Part shown: positions 1 through 14,598 of the stretch, in pieces
Numbering within the stretch: the first letter of the stretch is position 1
Layout of the letters: every line of letters begins with the position of its first letter
Assembly: GCA_012295275.1 (NCBI GenBank)
Contig: CM022665.1
Span: 26,040,001 to 26,104,000 of the forward strand
DNA: 64,000 bases
Direction: 5' to 3'
Origin: Chrysomallon squamiferum
Taxonomy: Eukaryota > Animalia > Mollusca
Notes under the pieces: model-generated
What the model was told of the DNA's origin: nothing
The model's input: the letters and a program-made list of their open reading frames with translations, nothing else
The model's database searches: none
Translations under genes and position numbers: made by a program

Positions 1-198
1 TGTGACTGCAGATGAAAACAGAAAATGAACGACATCTGAGAGAGCGATAGAGAGAAAGAAAGAGACAGAGAGAGAAAGATGTAAAGAGAGTGAAAGACAG
101 AGTGACAGAGATGAAGTAAAAAAAAACTGAAAGAATAAGAGAGAGAAAGAGGGAGAGAGAGAGAGAGTTATAAAATCTCTAGAGTGTCTGTAACCTAC

Positions 199-315
199 CT
201 TTTTATAAACTTGGTAATTTGGATTATCCTCGATGTTGTGCTGGCTGTTGCCAAACATTGCCCCCGGGGTATTTGTGAGGGACTCCGACCGTTTTGTACT
301 GTTCCGGTGACTCAT
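199..315 (-). CDS. Probable first coding exon of an unidentified gene continuing beyond the left edge (MSHRNSTKRSESLTNTPGAMFGNSQHNIEDNPNYQVYKK)
   Basis: Minus-strand exon 513->199 has a (CTT)n pyrimidine tract and AAACAG acceptor at 514 and an AAG|GTAGGT donor at 198. ATG at 315 (A at -3) opens 39 codons ending in phase 0 at the donor. Protein family not recognised. Confidence 0.5.
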
Positions 316-2688
316 TATAATGCACCTGTGTCCCGCGTGCACCAACAAACTACTGAAAACACCCTGCTACGCTTGAGTTATTGTGCCAAGAAGTGCACGC
401 TTTCCACACGAAGACATGTGCAGCTGAAAACTGCTTTTTCAAGAATCGATAACCAATTTCATGCATGGAACACTGTGCTGGCTTTCCACTGCCGTAGTCA
501 GATCTAGTGCCATCTGTTTAACGAAGAAGAAGAAGAAAAAGAAGAAGAAGAAAATCACTCCTTGGTTAGAAGCGAGGGGATGATGATGCACAATATCACA
601 GGTTAATTAATAATAACTTTTAGTTGTGTCCATGACGTGAATACAAGAAGAAAAAAAAATGAAGATGTGAAAAACGGTATCCAGAAAGAAATTCAAGTAT
701 ATGATCCATATGACAGAAAAACACATCCGACACCAACACATCGGCAACACAAAAAACAAATGACTACATTATTTTCTTGGAAAATTCGAATCATTTTACA
801 TACTAAGACATTTAATTTGTCTGGCAATTTTGTTGTGCGCACGATTTGACGGTTAAAGTATCAGTTACAACACTAGTAGTCCCGTTGGCAGAAGCCGGCA
901 AATTTTTGAAATCCATATTGCACGGTTAGACCATGCCAACAGATTAAAATTGAAGAAAACAACAAAAAAAAAAAAAAAAAGAGAGAAAACGTCAGTGTTT
1001 TTGGTTTCTTTTTTTTTTTTTTTTTTTTTAGCCACCCGAAGAAACTATTAAAAACAATCAAGAAACCAATAACATAAATGCGATATGAAAAACAGAGTCT
1101 AAATGGTTAGTTATAGTGCAGTTTGGCCCTCTTTAATCCCTAGGATAAGTAGAGGAATCGTCTGTAGCTTCATTCTCTTGGAATCGACGGTCAGAGATCC
1201 GCTCAGACGAGCAGTCAGGCCTCCAGAGATTCCAACATAGCAAACTGAAACTAGAGCGTTGAAGATTTTTACACGCGATAACCAGCGTTCACTTCTTAGT
1301 GTCTGCTTTTAGAGAACGATTATCCGCTCAAATATATTTCCACAGCAGCAGTTTGGTTGTTGTTGTCGTGTTGTTAGGTGGCTGGCTTTTTTTCCCACTG
1401 CGAGATATATTTTTCAGCGTATGAAAGGATTTCTCGAATTCCTCGCAACCACCAAAGTTTACAGTGCAGTCCAGACTGGCGGTGGAGAAACACTAGCAAT
1501 GCGAATCTGACATATAACGGAATCGCAGCTGACCTCCATGTTGAATTCCATTAACGCCGATCGATTATTCAACAGCCGATTGGCTGAAGCTCCGCATCGC
1601 ATCGCGCATGGAGTGATAAAACAGAAGAACGAATGGAGAGAGAAAATCTGCTGCTGGTAATTGTGACGTCTAACGTTTCAGTAGTTTTCTCCCCTTGGTA
1701 ACACTCTACCAGCTAGTGGAAGTCGTTCAAATCCATATTATGTGTTCTGCATTTATCGAGTTTGAGAACGCTGATCAATAAGAAAATAACAAAAATAACT
1801 TTTCTTGTTTAATCTTTAACAATGCATTACTTAGTTTTTAAAAAAGCTTATGAAAATAATCGATGATTTTTGCATCGAAGCTGCTAAACTAAACATGAAG
1901 AAGAGCTTAAAAAATAATAATAAAAAAAAAAAAATAATAATAATAAAAAAAAAAATATTAAAAGAAAAGAAAACTAACAAAATTAAACAATGATAAAAAA
2001 AAAAAAAAAAAAAAATCTTCAGAGCGGGGGTGATATTAATTTACTAGATCAAAGAAGCTGCATTTATATTTTTATCTTTTAATCTGTGATACGCTTTATT
2101 CAGTTATTTCTGGTAATGATGTGAAATTCACGTAACAGGAAGTCCACATTTAAATCACTTAACAACGAGGCCATAACAATAGATACTCAATAAGGATAAC
2201 AATGTAGTATTACAAGTCTGAGGCAGAAAGGTCATCTACGGCGTGACGTGCTACATATACTCAGTTATTTAACACTGGAGCAACAGCCCACACGTGGCTG
2301 GCTTATCAATGGCTTTGCATTTGCACCTTTTTATACTATAAAATGGTGCATATTAAAAGATTTCTTGGTACTAGCGGATGTAGTAGTTAGCGGAGATATT
2401 GTCGTTATACAATACGAAATGTCTTGCTATCTAATAACTGTTAATGTTAAACTGTGTTGAGATATTATTAAATAATTAGCCAGAATATAGTTCAGTTTTC
2501 AGCATTTAGTTCGTTAGACTGCATAAGGGGACGCACCATTTATCTTACCTACTTTTTCTTTTCTTTTCTATTCTTTCTTTCTTAATTTTTAAAAATTTTA
2601 ATTTTAATTTTCATATTTTAATTTTAATTTTCATATTTTAATTTTAAATTTTTGATTATTGTGTTGTTGTTGTCATTGTTTTTAGATT

Positions 2689-2724
<36 letters not shown>

Positions 2725-4622
2725 CTTGTTAATTAGTATTTATAGTATTTATTGGTATTAGTAATAGTATTTATCATCATCGTCATCATTATCAATTAAA
2801 ATCTTATCACCTTGAACATTTTATCTCACCATTAATTGATGACACCCCCTTTTTCTCACGTTTTGGATTCGCCCCTGTACCAGTTCTCAACTCACGAGAT
2901 GGTGATGCTATAAATACACAGGCAGCAGGAAATCGTATACGTCCCCGGACAGTGAATCTATCCCGTGACCTCACGCAGCTCATGTATACCATAACACTGA
3001 TCCAGATCTCCATTGGTTATGTAGTAAAAAGATGCCGTGACGTTTTCCATGCGTGTTGACAAAGGAAATACTGAGCAAACAGGAATTTACGAAAATTTCC
3101 TTCTTCACAAAATAAATTGAGAGTAAACACAAGAACTTCTGTCAATTTACCAAAATCAACAAATCGAAAATCACATCAGCTTCTGTTTCAGACAAGTGTG
3201 AATGTCAGATAAAATCAACCGCGTTTTAAAATAACTTTCTTTGGAGATTCGTACATTTGAATATAAAAAGCAGCAGAAACAGCAGCAGCAGCAACGTTGG
3301 TAGTAGTATTAGTAGCAGCAGCAGTAGAAAAAGTAGCTGTAGTAGAACAGTAATGGGATCATCATCATCATCATCATAATCATTATTATTACTAGTAGTA
3401 ATTGCAGCAGCGGCCGATGTAATAGCCAGTAGCAGTAATTGTATTATCTGAGTTCATTGACGTAAAATGTCTGTCAGGTTATTTCCCGTTCCAGTCACTG
3501 TTCCATGTCTGGTTTAAATTACCAGATATGCATACGAAACAAGAGCATACGAAAAATCAGCATTATACAAAAAGAACACGTAATAAATGTTATTAAATTT
3601 AATATCGTGTTATCTGATATTGTTACGTTCTGGAAAATTTATAACAAAATATTTGTTTCAGTTATTAATGATAAATATTACACACAACCGCACTATGACC
3701 GGAGGCAGCCTCGTTTGTTAGTAGTTGTAAATCATTTTCAAAATGGAGTTGTATTTTAACTATCTCGTATTAAAAACTGTGAATTTTAAATTACCATAAA
3801 GAGTATGGTTCAGGTGCTGACTGTACTGTTTAAAGGGAAAACAATAATTATTTTCTCAAAGGTTTACATACCTGACTGAGAGGTTTTGACACATGGTGGT
3901 ATTCAGTACAAATGGACGTTGAAGAAACGTTTATAAAAAAGACAAATGGCTCAAGCACTGTAGACTTTTTGTATTGGTTTTTTGTTTGTTCTTCTTTTAT
4001 TAGATAGGCGACTCTCAGTTTGAATGTTTTCAGCAGATTGTTTCCAAACTGGAATTTAATGAGAGATAATATATACTGATCTGTTACTTAAAGATTTAAA
4101 AAAAAAAAAAAAAAATTTCTTTGAATAAATGATTAACTTTGAAGCCTAAAATTATGTCAGATAAATTGTTTTTCATCCGAATACTTCATAATTAAGTCAG
4201 TTAATATTCCTTCGAATTAGTTGAATTTTTATCAAATATTTCTCAACGAAGCCTAACATTTTAGGATACAAACTGGCGAATGGATATCTTCAGAATTATT
4301 AAATCAAAGATCTCCACCCCCTAAATTCTTTCATTATGGCAGTCTTGAAGAAATACTTAAAATTAAACACCTCCCACTAGATAGAAATAAGTAAACTGTC
4401 TCTGTATGTTCAAAGTACTTCACACATGAACTAGAAATAAGTACTAAAAGTGGTCTTTACTCGTGATTCACGTGGTGTATGTGTTACATATAACTCGGTC
4501 AAATTGTAACCTTTATCTCACTTTGAACAAACCATCTGTTGTTTTCGTGCTTTCTTTGACCAATTTACAATCATTCAGAACGAAGCATTCTGTCGTGGAG
4601 AACAGAAGAAATAGAACTTAAA

Positions 4623-5087
4623 ATGTCCCGATTATTTGTTCCCTTCTGCTTACTTCTGTTTACTGGTAAGTATAAATATATATATATAAAATATTTTATT
4701 TTAAAAAACAAACTGAATCGCACAAGCCTTGAAGATAGTGGATTATCGAAATATTTTATAGATAGCGTGTTCTAAATTTAAGTAATTGTGTCAGTCATAA
4801 GAGATATTTTTTTAAAACCAAAAGCATAAATTAATAACAACAGCAACAAGAACAATGATTCTTGTTGTTGTTGTTGTTCTTCTTCTTATTATTATTATTA
4901 ATATTAATATTATTATTATAATATTATTAGTTTCAGTATGGTCTGAAACGTGCACTCTTCACGGAACTTTTAGCGACTGGAAGGTCGAGTGTAATCACGA
5001 ACGATGTCATCACATCCGCGGCTTCACTATTGGATGTGTCGCCGAGCCCGACAGCGGTAAATGTGTGTGTGTGCGTGCGTGCGTGCT

Positions 5088-5124
<37 letters not shown>

Positions 5125-6384
5125 TTAAGAAAACATTTCCTTTGATTAAATGTGATTTCCTTTTCACCATTTTTTTCCCCACTAATATGTTGTGTATTGT
5201 ATATATCCGAGTGTGTATGTGTGTATATCCGAGTGTGTATGTGTGTTGTGGGTGTTATTATAATTTTCTATTAATAAAAAAAAAAAAAAAAAAAATTAGA
5301 GAATATCTTGACTTTTGTATTACATGATTAACTATCTTTCAGCTCCAGGTAAAGGTGTTTGTACCTGCATAACCAGATGTGATGATGGTAAGATTCCCAA
5401 ATCTTACTTTTTCAATAAGTAAATTAAAAAAACAAATAAACATCGACGTCGGCACCCCCACCAAACAAAAAAATAAATAAATAAATAAAAAATGCTGCAG
5501 TAAAATATATTTAAAACAGAAATGCTATTTTTTTGAAATCCTAAGACACAACAGAGTAATCATTATTTACCAGTTTTGGAATAAATATCAGTTAACTATT
5601 TTTAATACATTTATATGCACACATGTATAGAGATAGATAGTAATTAAAACGTTTCTTTTTCTAAATAAGTGTAGAGGAGACGAATGAAAAAAATACACAC
5701 ATATGCCATCTTGTTGCATGATACAGCTATCAAAACTGATTACGATAACTATGTACACCATAAATTTACACCATAAATACGATTTATTTTTCATGTATCA
5801 TCTTCATAATTCTGTATTATTGCTATTAAAATGATAATAACATTTGCTTGGCTTCCAGAAACCCCCTTATTTTAAAAACTGGCTAATTTTCAAATTTGGT
5901 GTTTTCCATAGTAGTTCGCTGCTGTTATGATTTTCGTGGTGTACGCGTCTGACCTCAGTGTACAGCAAACAGCTGTCATACTTTAAACTTTCTTCTTTCT
6001 GAACTTACGTGATTATTTTACGCTGTAATTTTCATTTGAACCACGTCTGAAAGGCCAGTAGAAAGTGTTAAAACGAAAAAAAAGTAGGCTCCATAGGAGA
6101 AAGTAGAGTTAAGCATGCTTGTAACAATCGAAATCCGGGTCATCTGGTCCCAAGCTTGCCGGATAAACTGGTTGGTACCTGATTTGTTTACGTTTTTAAT
6201 ATTCATTTTAAATACTAGACTTATCATATATTTATCAACTGTAACACAGATGTTGATCCATGCCGTGTTAAGAATGACTGTATACGAAATGCTTTACTAA
6301 ATAAATGTGGACAGTGTCTACACGGTGATCACGACTACCACTGCATTGACAACCACTGCCACTGTGGATTCCCTACGTAAGTTT

Positions 6385-6450
<66 letters not shown>

Positions 6451-6836
6451 CTCTGTCCTTTAAAAACCTCCATATACATAATTATACAGAAATGACACTC
6501 ACTTATCTGCTGACATAATTTAATTGCAACCTTTTGATTAGTTGTCTTAATCTTTGCAGTTTATAAAGGATACATGTCATTACATATATTTATAGATATA
6601 GATATAATTTTTGACATAATGTTACGGCTTTCATTTCAGTTATGCTATGTTTTGGGTATATCTGTATCAAAATGTTCAAATAATTTATTATACAATAGTT
6701 CACTGGCTTTTGAAAATGTATAATGTGATACTATAAACCTTTTTTCTTTTCTTATAATCTATCTATATATCTGTCTGTCTGTCTATCTCTATCTATATCT
6801 ATATCTATATCTATATCTATATACAGGAGTCCATGA
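4623..6836 (+). CDS. Secreted Cys/His-rich peptide, cvSI/I84 serine protease inhibitor-like, paralog A (114-116 aa)
   Basis: Exons 4623-4665, 4931-5056, 5343-5387, 6250-6376, 6827-6836 (or stop at 6378-6380 if the last intron is not spliced); all GT-AG. Translation: MSRLFVPFCLLLFTVSVWS-ETCTLHGTFSDWKVECNHERCHHIRGFTIGCVAEPDSAPGKGVCTCITRCDDDVDPCRVKNDCIRNALLNKCGQCLHGDHDYHCIDNHCHCGFPT(SP). Signal peptide, 14 mature Cys, GxCTC and HCIDxHCxCG motifs; AATAAA at 6891. Confidence 0.85.
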
Positions 6837-7874
6837 GTAATTCAAGAAGACAGGAAGAGAGGGAGAGAATACTTGCTGTCAGAATTTTGAAATAAATAAT
6901 TTATATTCTACATTTTACTTGTTCTCATTTTATCTAATTTATAAATGAAACTGAAATACTTAACTGCTGATTTTAAAATAATTTTAAGAAGAAGAAGGTA
7001 ACAAGAAAGAAACAAACAAATTAATAAAATAAAAATAATAATAACAACAACAACAACAACAACAAAAGAGCAAAAACAGTAATAATAATTAGAAAAAAAC
7101 AATATAACAACAACACTAATAATATGAACAACAACAACAGTAGTAGTAATAATAATAATAATAATAATGGTGAGAAGAAGAACAGCTTTGAAGTATTTCC
7201 TTTTCAGAGATAAAAATTTCAGCAATTAAATCTTTTATGCCAAATTATACCCCTGTTTTAATTTTTTGATCCTAAAACGGGTTTTCATTTTAATGTAACC
7301 TTCGTGTCGATAGACGATAAAATTCATTTTGGAATAATAATAACAATAGTAATAATAATAATAACAGTAATAATAGCAACAGCAACAACAACAACAACAA
7401 CAGTAATAATAATGATGATAATAATGATGATGATAAAATAATGATAATAATGATGGTGATAATAATAATAACAGTAACAACAACAACAATAATAATAATG
7501 ATGATGATGATGACAGTAATAAAAATAATAATAATATGAAGAAATACTTAGATAAATAAAATAGTTACTGATAAACATTTTGTTCATCATTTGTACGTTG
7601 ACAGATATAGTTAATTATTCAGGTGTTATATCTAACATGTAATTACTGTAAGTAAACTACACTATTTTGGTTTTTTAAATTATAAGCATGAACACTGAAA
7701 TTACTCGTTCTCATCGTTATACAAGGAAGTGGATGCATTCAGTTTAAACAACTTGAATTAGGCAATGAAAGAGACATTTTCGTGATCTAATATTTTAATT
7801 AATTAATTATTTAATTTTATTTTTTATATTTTTATATTTTTATTTATTTATTTATTTTATTTTGTTTATTTTAT

Positions 7875-7929
<55 letters not shown>

Positions 7930-8319
7930 TTTTTTTTTTTTTTTTTAGTATGATACTTTACTTTGCGATTCTTAGGCACGGATTAAAACAGTATTATTTT
8001 TGTTCCTATTTTATTTTATACTTTTGTTTATTTTTAAAAAATTTAATTTAATTTATTTAATTTAATTTAATTTAATTTTATTTCGTTTTCATTTATTTTC
8101 AGCTAAACTTTAGTTTTAATTAATTTTAATTTTCACTTTCATTTTTATTTTATTTGTTTATTCATTCATTCATTTTTTTAATTATTATTTGTTTATCTAT
8201 GTATTTTTTATGCAGACATATTTTCCTTTAATTTATTTTATTTTCTTAAGCAAGTATCACTTACATACTTATGTCAAATTGTGAATGTTTTATTTTTATT
8301 TTTATTTATGATTTTTCTC

Positions 8320-8356
<37 letters not shown>

Positions 8357-8945
8357 GGTTTGGGGGTTCAGTTTTGCTTCTTTTTAAATGAATATGATAT
8401 ATAAATTTATAAATTACATGCTTATTAATAAAAATAATTAAATAATGTTATTATTATTATTTTATTTTTACTTTTACTTTTACTTTCTTTAGTTAAAACA
8501 AACTTTACACTATTATTTATTTTTATTATTATTAATATTATTTATTTATATATTTTATTATTTATTATTATGACAAATTTTATTTTATTTTATTTGGTCT
8601 CATTTTGTTTATTTTAATTTGACTTTTATATATATAAAGACAATTCGCACGCTTACAACAAATTATCTGTGGAATAATATATATACATACATACACACAG
8701 ACACACACAGACACACCCATGCACAAAATCACCATAAATTTATATCAAACATTACTGTGTGCATAAAACCGAATTGTTCGTTCGTTCATTCATTCCTTCA
8801 TTCTTTCAGTTATTCCTTCAGTCGCTAATCCACTAACATATTCTTTAGGGTTGTCGTGTATATATATATATATATATAATATATATATATAAAGTGAAAC
8901 ATTATATATGTGCCGTTATGGGACAAAAGACAATAATATATATAT

Positions 8946-8994
<49 letters not shown>

Positions 8995-9636
8995 TCATGT
9001 AAAATTAATTTCCTTTTACAAATCTTATTACAAAGTCTATTTTTTTTTTTTTATTTGGTCTCATTTATCTGGGGAAGAAGCTGCTGTCATTTATTTACTT
9101 ACTTAAGTACTTACTCTCTCAACTACTCACTCACTCACTGGATCACTCACTTAATTAAATTTTTGCTGATTCGTTTATTTATTTATTTGTTTGTTTTATT
9201 TGTTTATTGTTGTTTTTATTATCATCATCATCATCATCACTATTTATTTATTTGTTTGTTTTTGTTTGTTTGTTTTTATCCTTCACAGAAAACGTGCACC
9301 CATCTGTTTTCTCTTACAGAATAATAAAATGGACATTTCTTGTTAGGAAATTAATAACAAAGTCAGTTGTGTATTAAAATGTTACATTTTTATTTAAAGA
9401 TAAAACAATATGTTTCATGATATGATGTTTCCTTGTGGTTTCTTTTTTCTGTCTAAAAAGAAATTTAAATTTTTAAAAAAATTGATGAATAAATATGTAA
9501 GTTTACATCGTTGTGGAAAAAATTAATGTTTTAACTGCAACAAAATAAATTATTGTATTGTTAAGTCTTTTCTGTTTGCATTTTTCGTTATTAAAGTTGT
9601 GTTTGTTGTTGTTATCGTTATCAATAGCATCATAAC

Positions 9637-9675
<39 letters not shown>

Positions 9676-9755
9676 TCACCATCATCATCATCAGCATTGT
9701 CATTATTTTTATTATTATAATGTATTTCGTATTAAAAACAGTCTGTGTGACTTAC

Positions 9756-9883
9756 CTAACCGATTACGTGGAATCCGCATGCACAGTGACCATCAATGCA
9801 GTGCCAGGTTTCATGACACTCGCAGCCATGTTCACCAGTTATATGTCTGCAAACATCTGGATCAGTGTGACATCTCGCTGAAA

Positions 9884-9922
<39 letters not shown>

Positions 9923-10617
9923 ATGTTCTACAAATGTATAGGTTTGAAACACCATGATAAAAATCTGGATAATAATACTAAATTACATTTGCATTACTAA
10001 AATATATTTCTACTGCCAGAGACCCATAATTATTTCTTTTTATTCTACATTCAAAAGGATTTTAAACGAAATGACAAGAATTTTTTAATAAAAATATTAA
10101 ATCGTATTTATATGACTGCGATGTAATACTATCCCCCCCAAAAAAAAAAATCATATTTATATTTATTCATAATTTTAAAGTTTTAAACATTTACCCGAAA
10201 ATTTCTGAAGATTTTAATTTTATATCTTAGGCATGACGTATGTTGTGTGTGAGTGAGTGTGAGTGTGTGCGCGCGCACGTGTGTGAGGATGTATTACCAT
10301 CACGACATCTGCTGACAATGCACGTGCAAGTTCCTTTGACGCATGCGCGTTCATAGCTGTCTTTTGGGTCACACTTGATATGATTACAGTCTCCAACATC
10401 GGTGCAGGAATTTGACAGAGAAACGGCTGCAGCACAGTGATATAAAAAGAATAATAAAAAGTAACAGCAACGTTAATAATAATAATAACAACAACAAGAG
10501 AAATAACATTAACAGAAAAATCACAACAAAACTGAAATACGTTGAAGAACGTTTTATATATTTTTTAAAGATTTCGAATTCTACTTTAGAATCATACCGT
10601 ATAAAAGTAAATTTAAT

Positions 10618-10652
<35 letters not shown>

Positions 10653-11224
10653 TTTGCGATAATGCGACATTTGTTGAAACATTTAAGTGATTATAATTAT
10701 ATCATATATATATATAGAGAGAAACATCTGATTATAATTATATATACGAGAACATAAAAATTCAAACTGTTACAGAATATTTTTTTTTTTGATGTAATGA
10801 TATATTTATATTCTGCTGTTACTATTATTTATAAAATTGAAAAAAAACATACAATTAGTCTTCTGTCAGATATGAACAATGCGTTAAATTACTAAATATT
10901 AAGAAATTAATATTAAAGTCTACTCTTAAACCTTTTGTTTTGGATGTGTTTTGTTTATTTTTACTATTTAAATAAAAATAAAAACAAAAATAAATTTATT
11001 ATTATTTAGATAAAAACGAATATTGAACTAAATAAACCTACATATATAATTTGCATTATAAAAAAAAAAATAAGAAGATAAAAAAAAAAAAAAAAAAAAC
11101 AACAACAAACAAACAAAAAAACAAAAAATTAAAAAATTAAAACAAAGCAAAGCAAGGTAAAATAAGTTAGCAATTTCTTACCTACTAAGGCCAGAAAAGT
11201 GATCAGAAACAAAGAAGTCTTCAT
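9756..11224 (-). CDS. Secreted Cys/His-rich peptide, cvSI/I84-like, paralog B (97 aa)
   Basis: Exons 11224-11182, 10426-10298, 9877-9756; phase-1 GT-AG introns. Translation: MKTSLFLITFLALVAVSLS-NSCTDVGDCNHIKCDPKDSYERACVKGTCTCIVSRCRDARCHTDPDVCRHITGEHGCECHETWHCIDGHCACGFHVIG*. GTAAGT donor directly after the stop. Confidence 0.9.
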
Positions 11225-11284
11225 TATGTTTCTAACAGTGATGTTAATTGTGTTGATGATGTTATTAGGAGATCGTATACGTAC

Positions 11285-11340
11285 TTATATATCATCTTTT
11301 CGCAAAACTCACTTATCTCTGTGACGTAAGCTGTTTATCT
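11285..11340 (-). promoter_or_regulatory. Proximal promoter of paralog B: TATA, GATA, TGACGTAA, GATA
   Basis: TATATAAG (minus) ~11284-11291, CTTATCT 11312-11318, TGACGTAA 11322-11329, TTTATCT 11334-11340; same order recurs upstream of paralogs C and D. Confidence 0.6.
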
Positions 11341-11711
11341 TTCCGAACACAGATGTACAGTTTCTGGGACCTTAGTCCATTTTAAACAGTTGTGAAGCAT
11401 GTGTGAAATATTTTTTTAAAAAGCCAAGGTTCTCAAGATTTTAGTTCTAAAACGTTAAAGTTTTATCAGAAGTACAAAACAGGTCACGTAAAATACAGTG
11501 CAGAATATGTGAACCATGAAAACAAAAATTCCTTGAATCTGAACTCAGGAAATGTAAGGTTTTATTAACAATACAAAATATTTTAATTATGTGTTTTGTC
11601 GAAACATAGTCCAAAAAATGTGAATAATTTTTTTTTAATTTTTAATTTATTAATTTATTTTTAATTCTTCGAAATTGAATCCAAGCTTATGTTTTGTTTC
11701 GTTTTGTAAGG

Positions 11712-11781
<70 letters not shown>

Positions 11782-12560
11782 TTATTACTTTATATTTATA
11801 TATATATATACATAGAAAAGTAGATTAGTGTTGCATATCTATATGCATTTTGAAAACAGACTGCAAAGTCCTTCAATCAAGCAAACGTTTCAATTTTAAA
11901 ACAAAGTTATGGTCATATTAAAACTGAAACTGATTTTTCACTTTGTATTTTTATATTATATAATTATTAAAAAGACTAAATTCCGAATTTAAGAAAGTTA
12001 GGATCAGGTTAATACACACACAGACTTCATTTATTACATTAACTGTTAAAGCAAATAATAATTAGGAAAAAATAGTATAACAAAAAGAGCAAAATTCATT
12101 CTGAAAATCCAAGCATGAATGCAGGAAATTCACGATCATGTTAATTCAGTGCTTATAGATTCAACTGTTTATAGTTGTTTAGGTGAACTATCGTAAAGGA
12201 TATGTGAATTTTTCCAAAAGTCGTGCATACAATTCTGTCTAGATATACTAGACATATACATTCATCCATCTATCCATCCATCCATCCATCCATATATACA
12301 TACATATATACATACATACATACATTCATTCATACATACATATATACATACTTACATACATATATACATATTGTCTATGTGCAGAATATATTCAGACAAA
12401 CATAAGACAGAGAATATTCAAAATCCTAAACTATATATATATTCATAAAATTATTTTTCAAAATATTCTAATTTAATGAAGATATTGCTCTGGATATAAT
12501 AGATATGAAATTCTGAAACAAAAGTGAATCTTTGCGTGATCATTTGTTCCACTTTCTTTA

Positions 12561-12600
<40 letters not shown>

Positions 12601-13532
12601 TAATAAAAATAATAATAATAATAATAATAAATAATAATAATAAAATAATAATAATAATAATAATAAATAAATAATAATAATAATAACAATAATAAATATA
12701 ATAATAATAACAACAATAACAATAATAATAATAATAATAAATAATAATAATAATAATAATAACAGTAATACTAGCAACAACAACAACAACAATAATAATA
12801 ATAATGCATTATTTGTGTCATCTCTGTTCTGCGAAACAAATGTGACGGCTGCGCCCATTTTCTTGTTTGGTGACATAAAAACGATTATCTTGGTCTCTTT
12901 GAGTCACGCCGGTGACTGCTTCACGTATCACGAAAAACAGATGTTTGTGACTGGATAAGCAAATGGCGTCTCTGAGATAACGTTTTACAGATAACAATGC
13001 GAGTATAAAAAGAAAAAAAAAAAAACTCTATGGAATTGTTATTTAATCAGATAAAAGTTCAAGTATGTCTGTCGTGGGACAGCTTCTGTCAACACAAACG
13101 TATGAAGCTGAATTGCTGCCGTCGCACTTGAAGAGAATTACCCAAACACAGTGATAAAAAGATGATGACGATGATGATGATGGTGATGATGATGATGATG
13201 ATAATAATGATCGAGAAAGAAATATTAATTTTGCGTTTTGTTGTTAATTTGTTGTTGTTTTTTGTTGTTGTTGTTTTTTCTGTCTGGATTTTGTTCCTTA
13301 CCTTGAACATTTTAAAAATTAGTTTTGTAATTATATTTCATTTATTTTATTTATTGCTTTTACTGATTTTTTATAATTTATTTCTTTTATTTCTTTAATT
13401 TATTATTATTATTATTATTTATTATTTATTTTTTAAATTATTATTACTTTGTTCTGGTTGGTTTTCTTTTTGTAGGTTTTTTCTTTCCTTTTTTTTTCTT
13501 TTTTAAATTATTATTATTATTATTATTATTAT

Positions 13533-13592
<60 letters not shown>

Positions 13593-14034
13593 CAGCAGCA
13601 GCAGTATTTTTTGGTTTTGATCATTGCTTTTACTTTCATATTTAAAACAAAAAATGAAACAACTTCTTAATTCTAATGCACCTTTATCTTCTTCATGTTT
13701 TAATAATAAAACAACTTTATAACATTACTTAAATGTTTTTCTCTTCTGCTATTTCATAACTCTCAGACGATTCCATCTAGATAAAAAAAAAAAAAAATGA
13801 TTATCAACAAGGCAGCAATAACAACAGTACAATAATAACAGCAGCAATACCAATACCAATAACAATAATAATAATAATAATAAAAATAATAATAATAACA
13901 ACAACAACAACAACAACAATAATAATAATAATAATAACCAAAACAATATCAACCAGATGATGTCCTGGTTCTTTCTTTTGTAGATAAAAATATTTTTAAA
14001 ATATGTAATACTATGTTTCGCACCTTTTTTTTAG

Positions 14035-14121
<87 letters not shown>

Positions 14122-14190
14122 GTGTGCCTCACGTAGAAGTAACATATTATACAGAAAGAACAGTGGAAAATATACCTATAAATTACCTAC

Positions 14191-14536
14191 CTAACCAATA
14201 ACAGTGAGTCCACAAGCGCAGTGGCCGTCGATGCAGTGCCAGTCGTGGGCGCATGTACAGCCGTGGGCGGTGGCATCATGTTGGCAGTTGTGATTAATTC
14301 CAGAACAGGCAACTACAACAACCACAATGAACACAGAGTGCTAACGATCTGCTATTATATTATATTATTTTATATTATATTATATTATATTATTTTATTA
14401 TATTATATTATATTATTTTATTTTTATTTTATTACTTTATTTTACTATATTTTAATATTACAGTTTTTTATTTTATTATTACTTTTATTGTCATGAATAT
14501 TTTAATTTTTATTTTCCTTTTACAAGTTCAACTAAA

Positions 14537-14598
<62 letters not shown>

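Noticed and set aside
2807-3013. 68-aa minus-strand ORF as an exon of the left-edge gene
   Set aside because: Weak GTGATA donor and no recognisable protein; at most an alternative untranslated exon.
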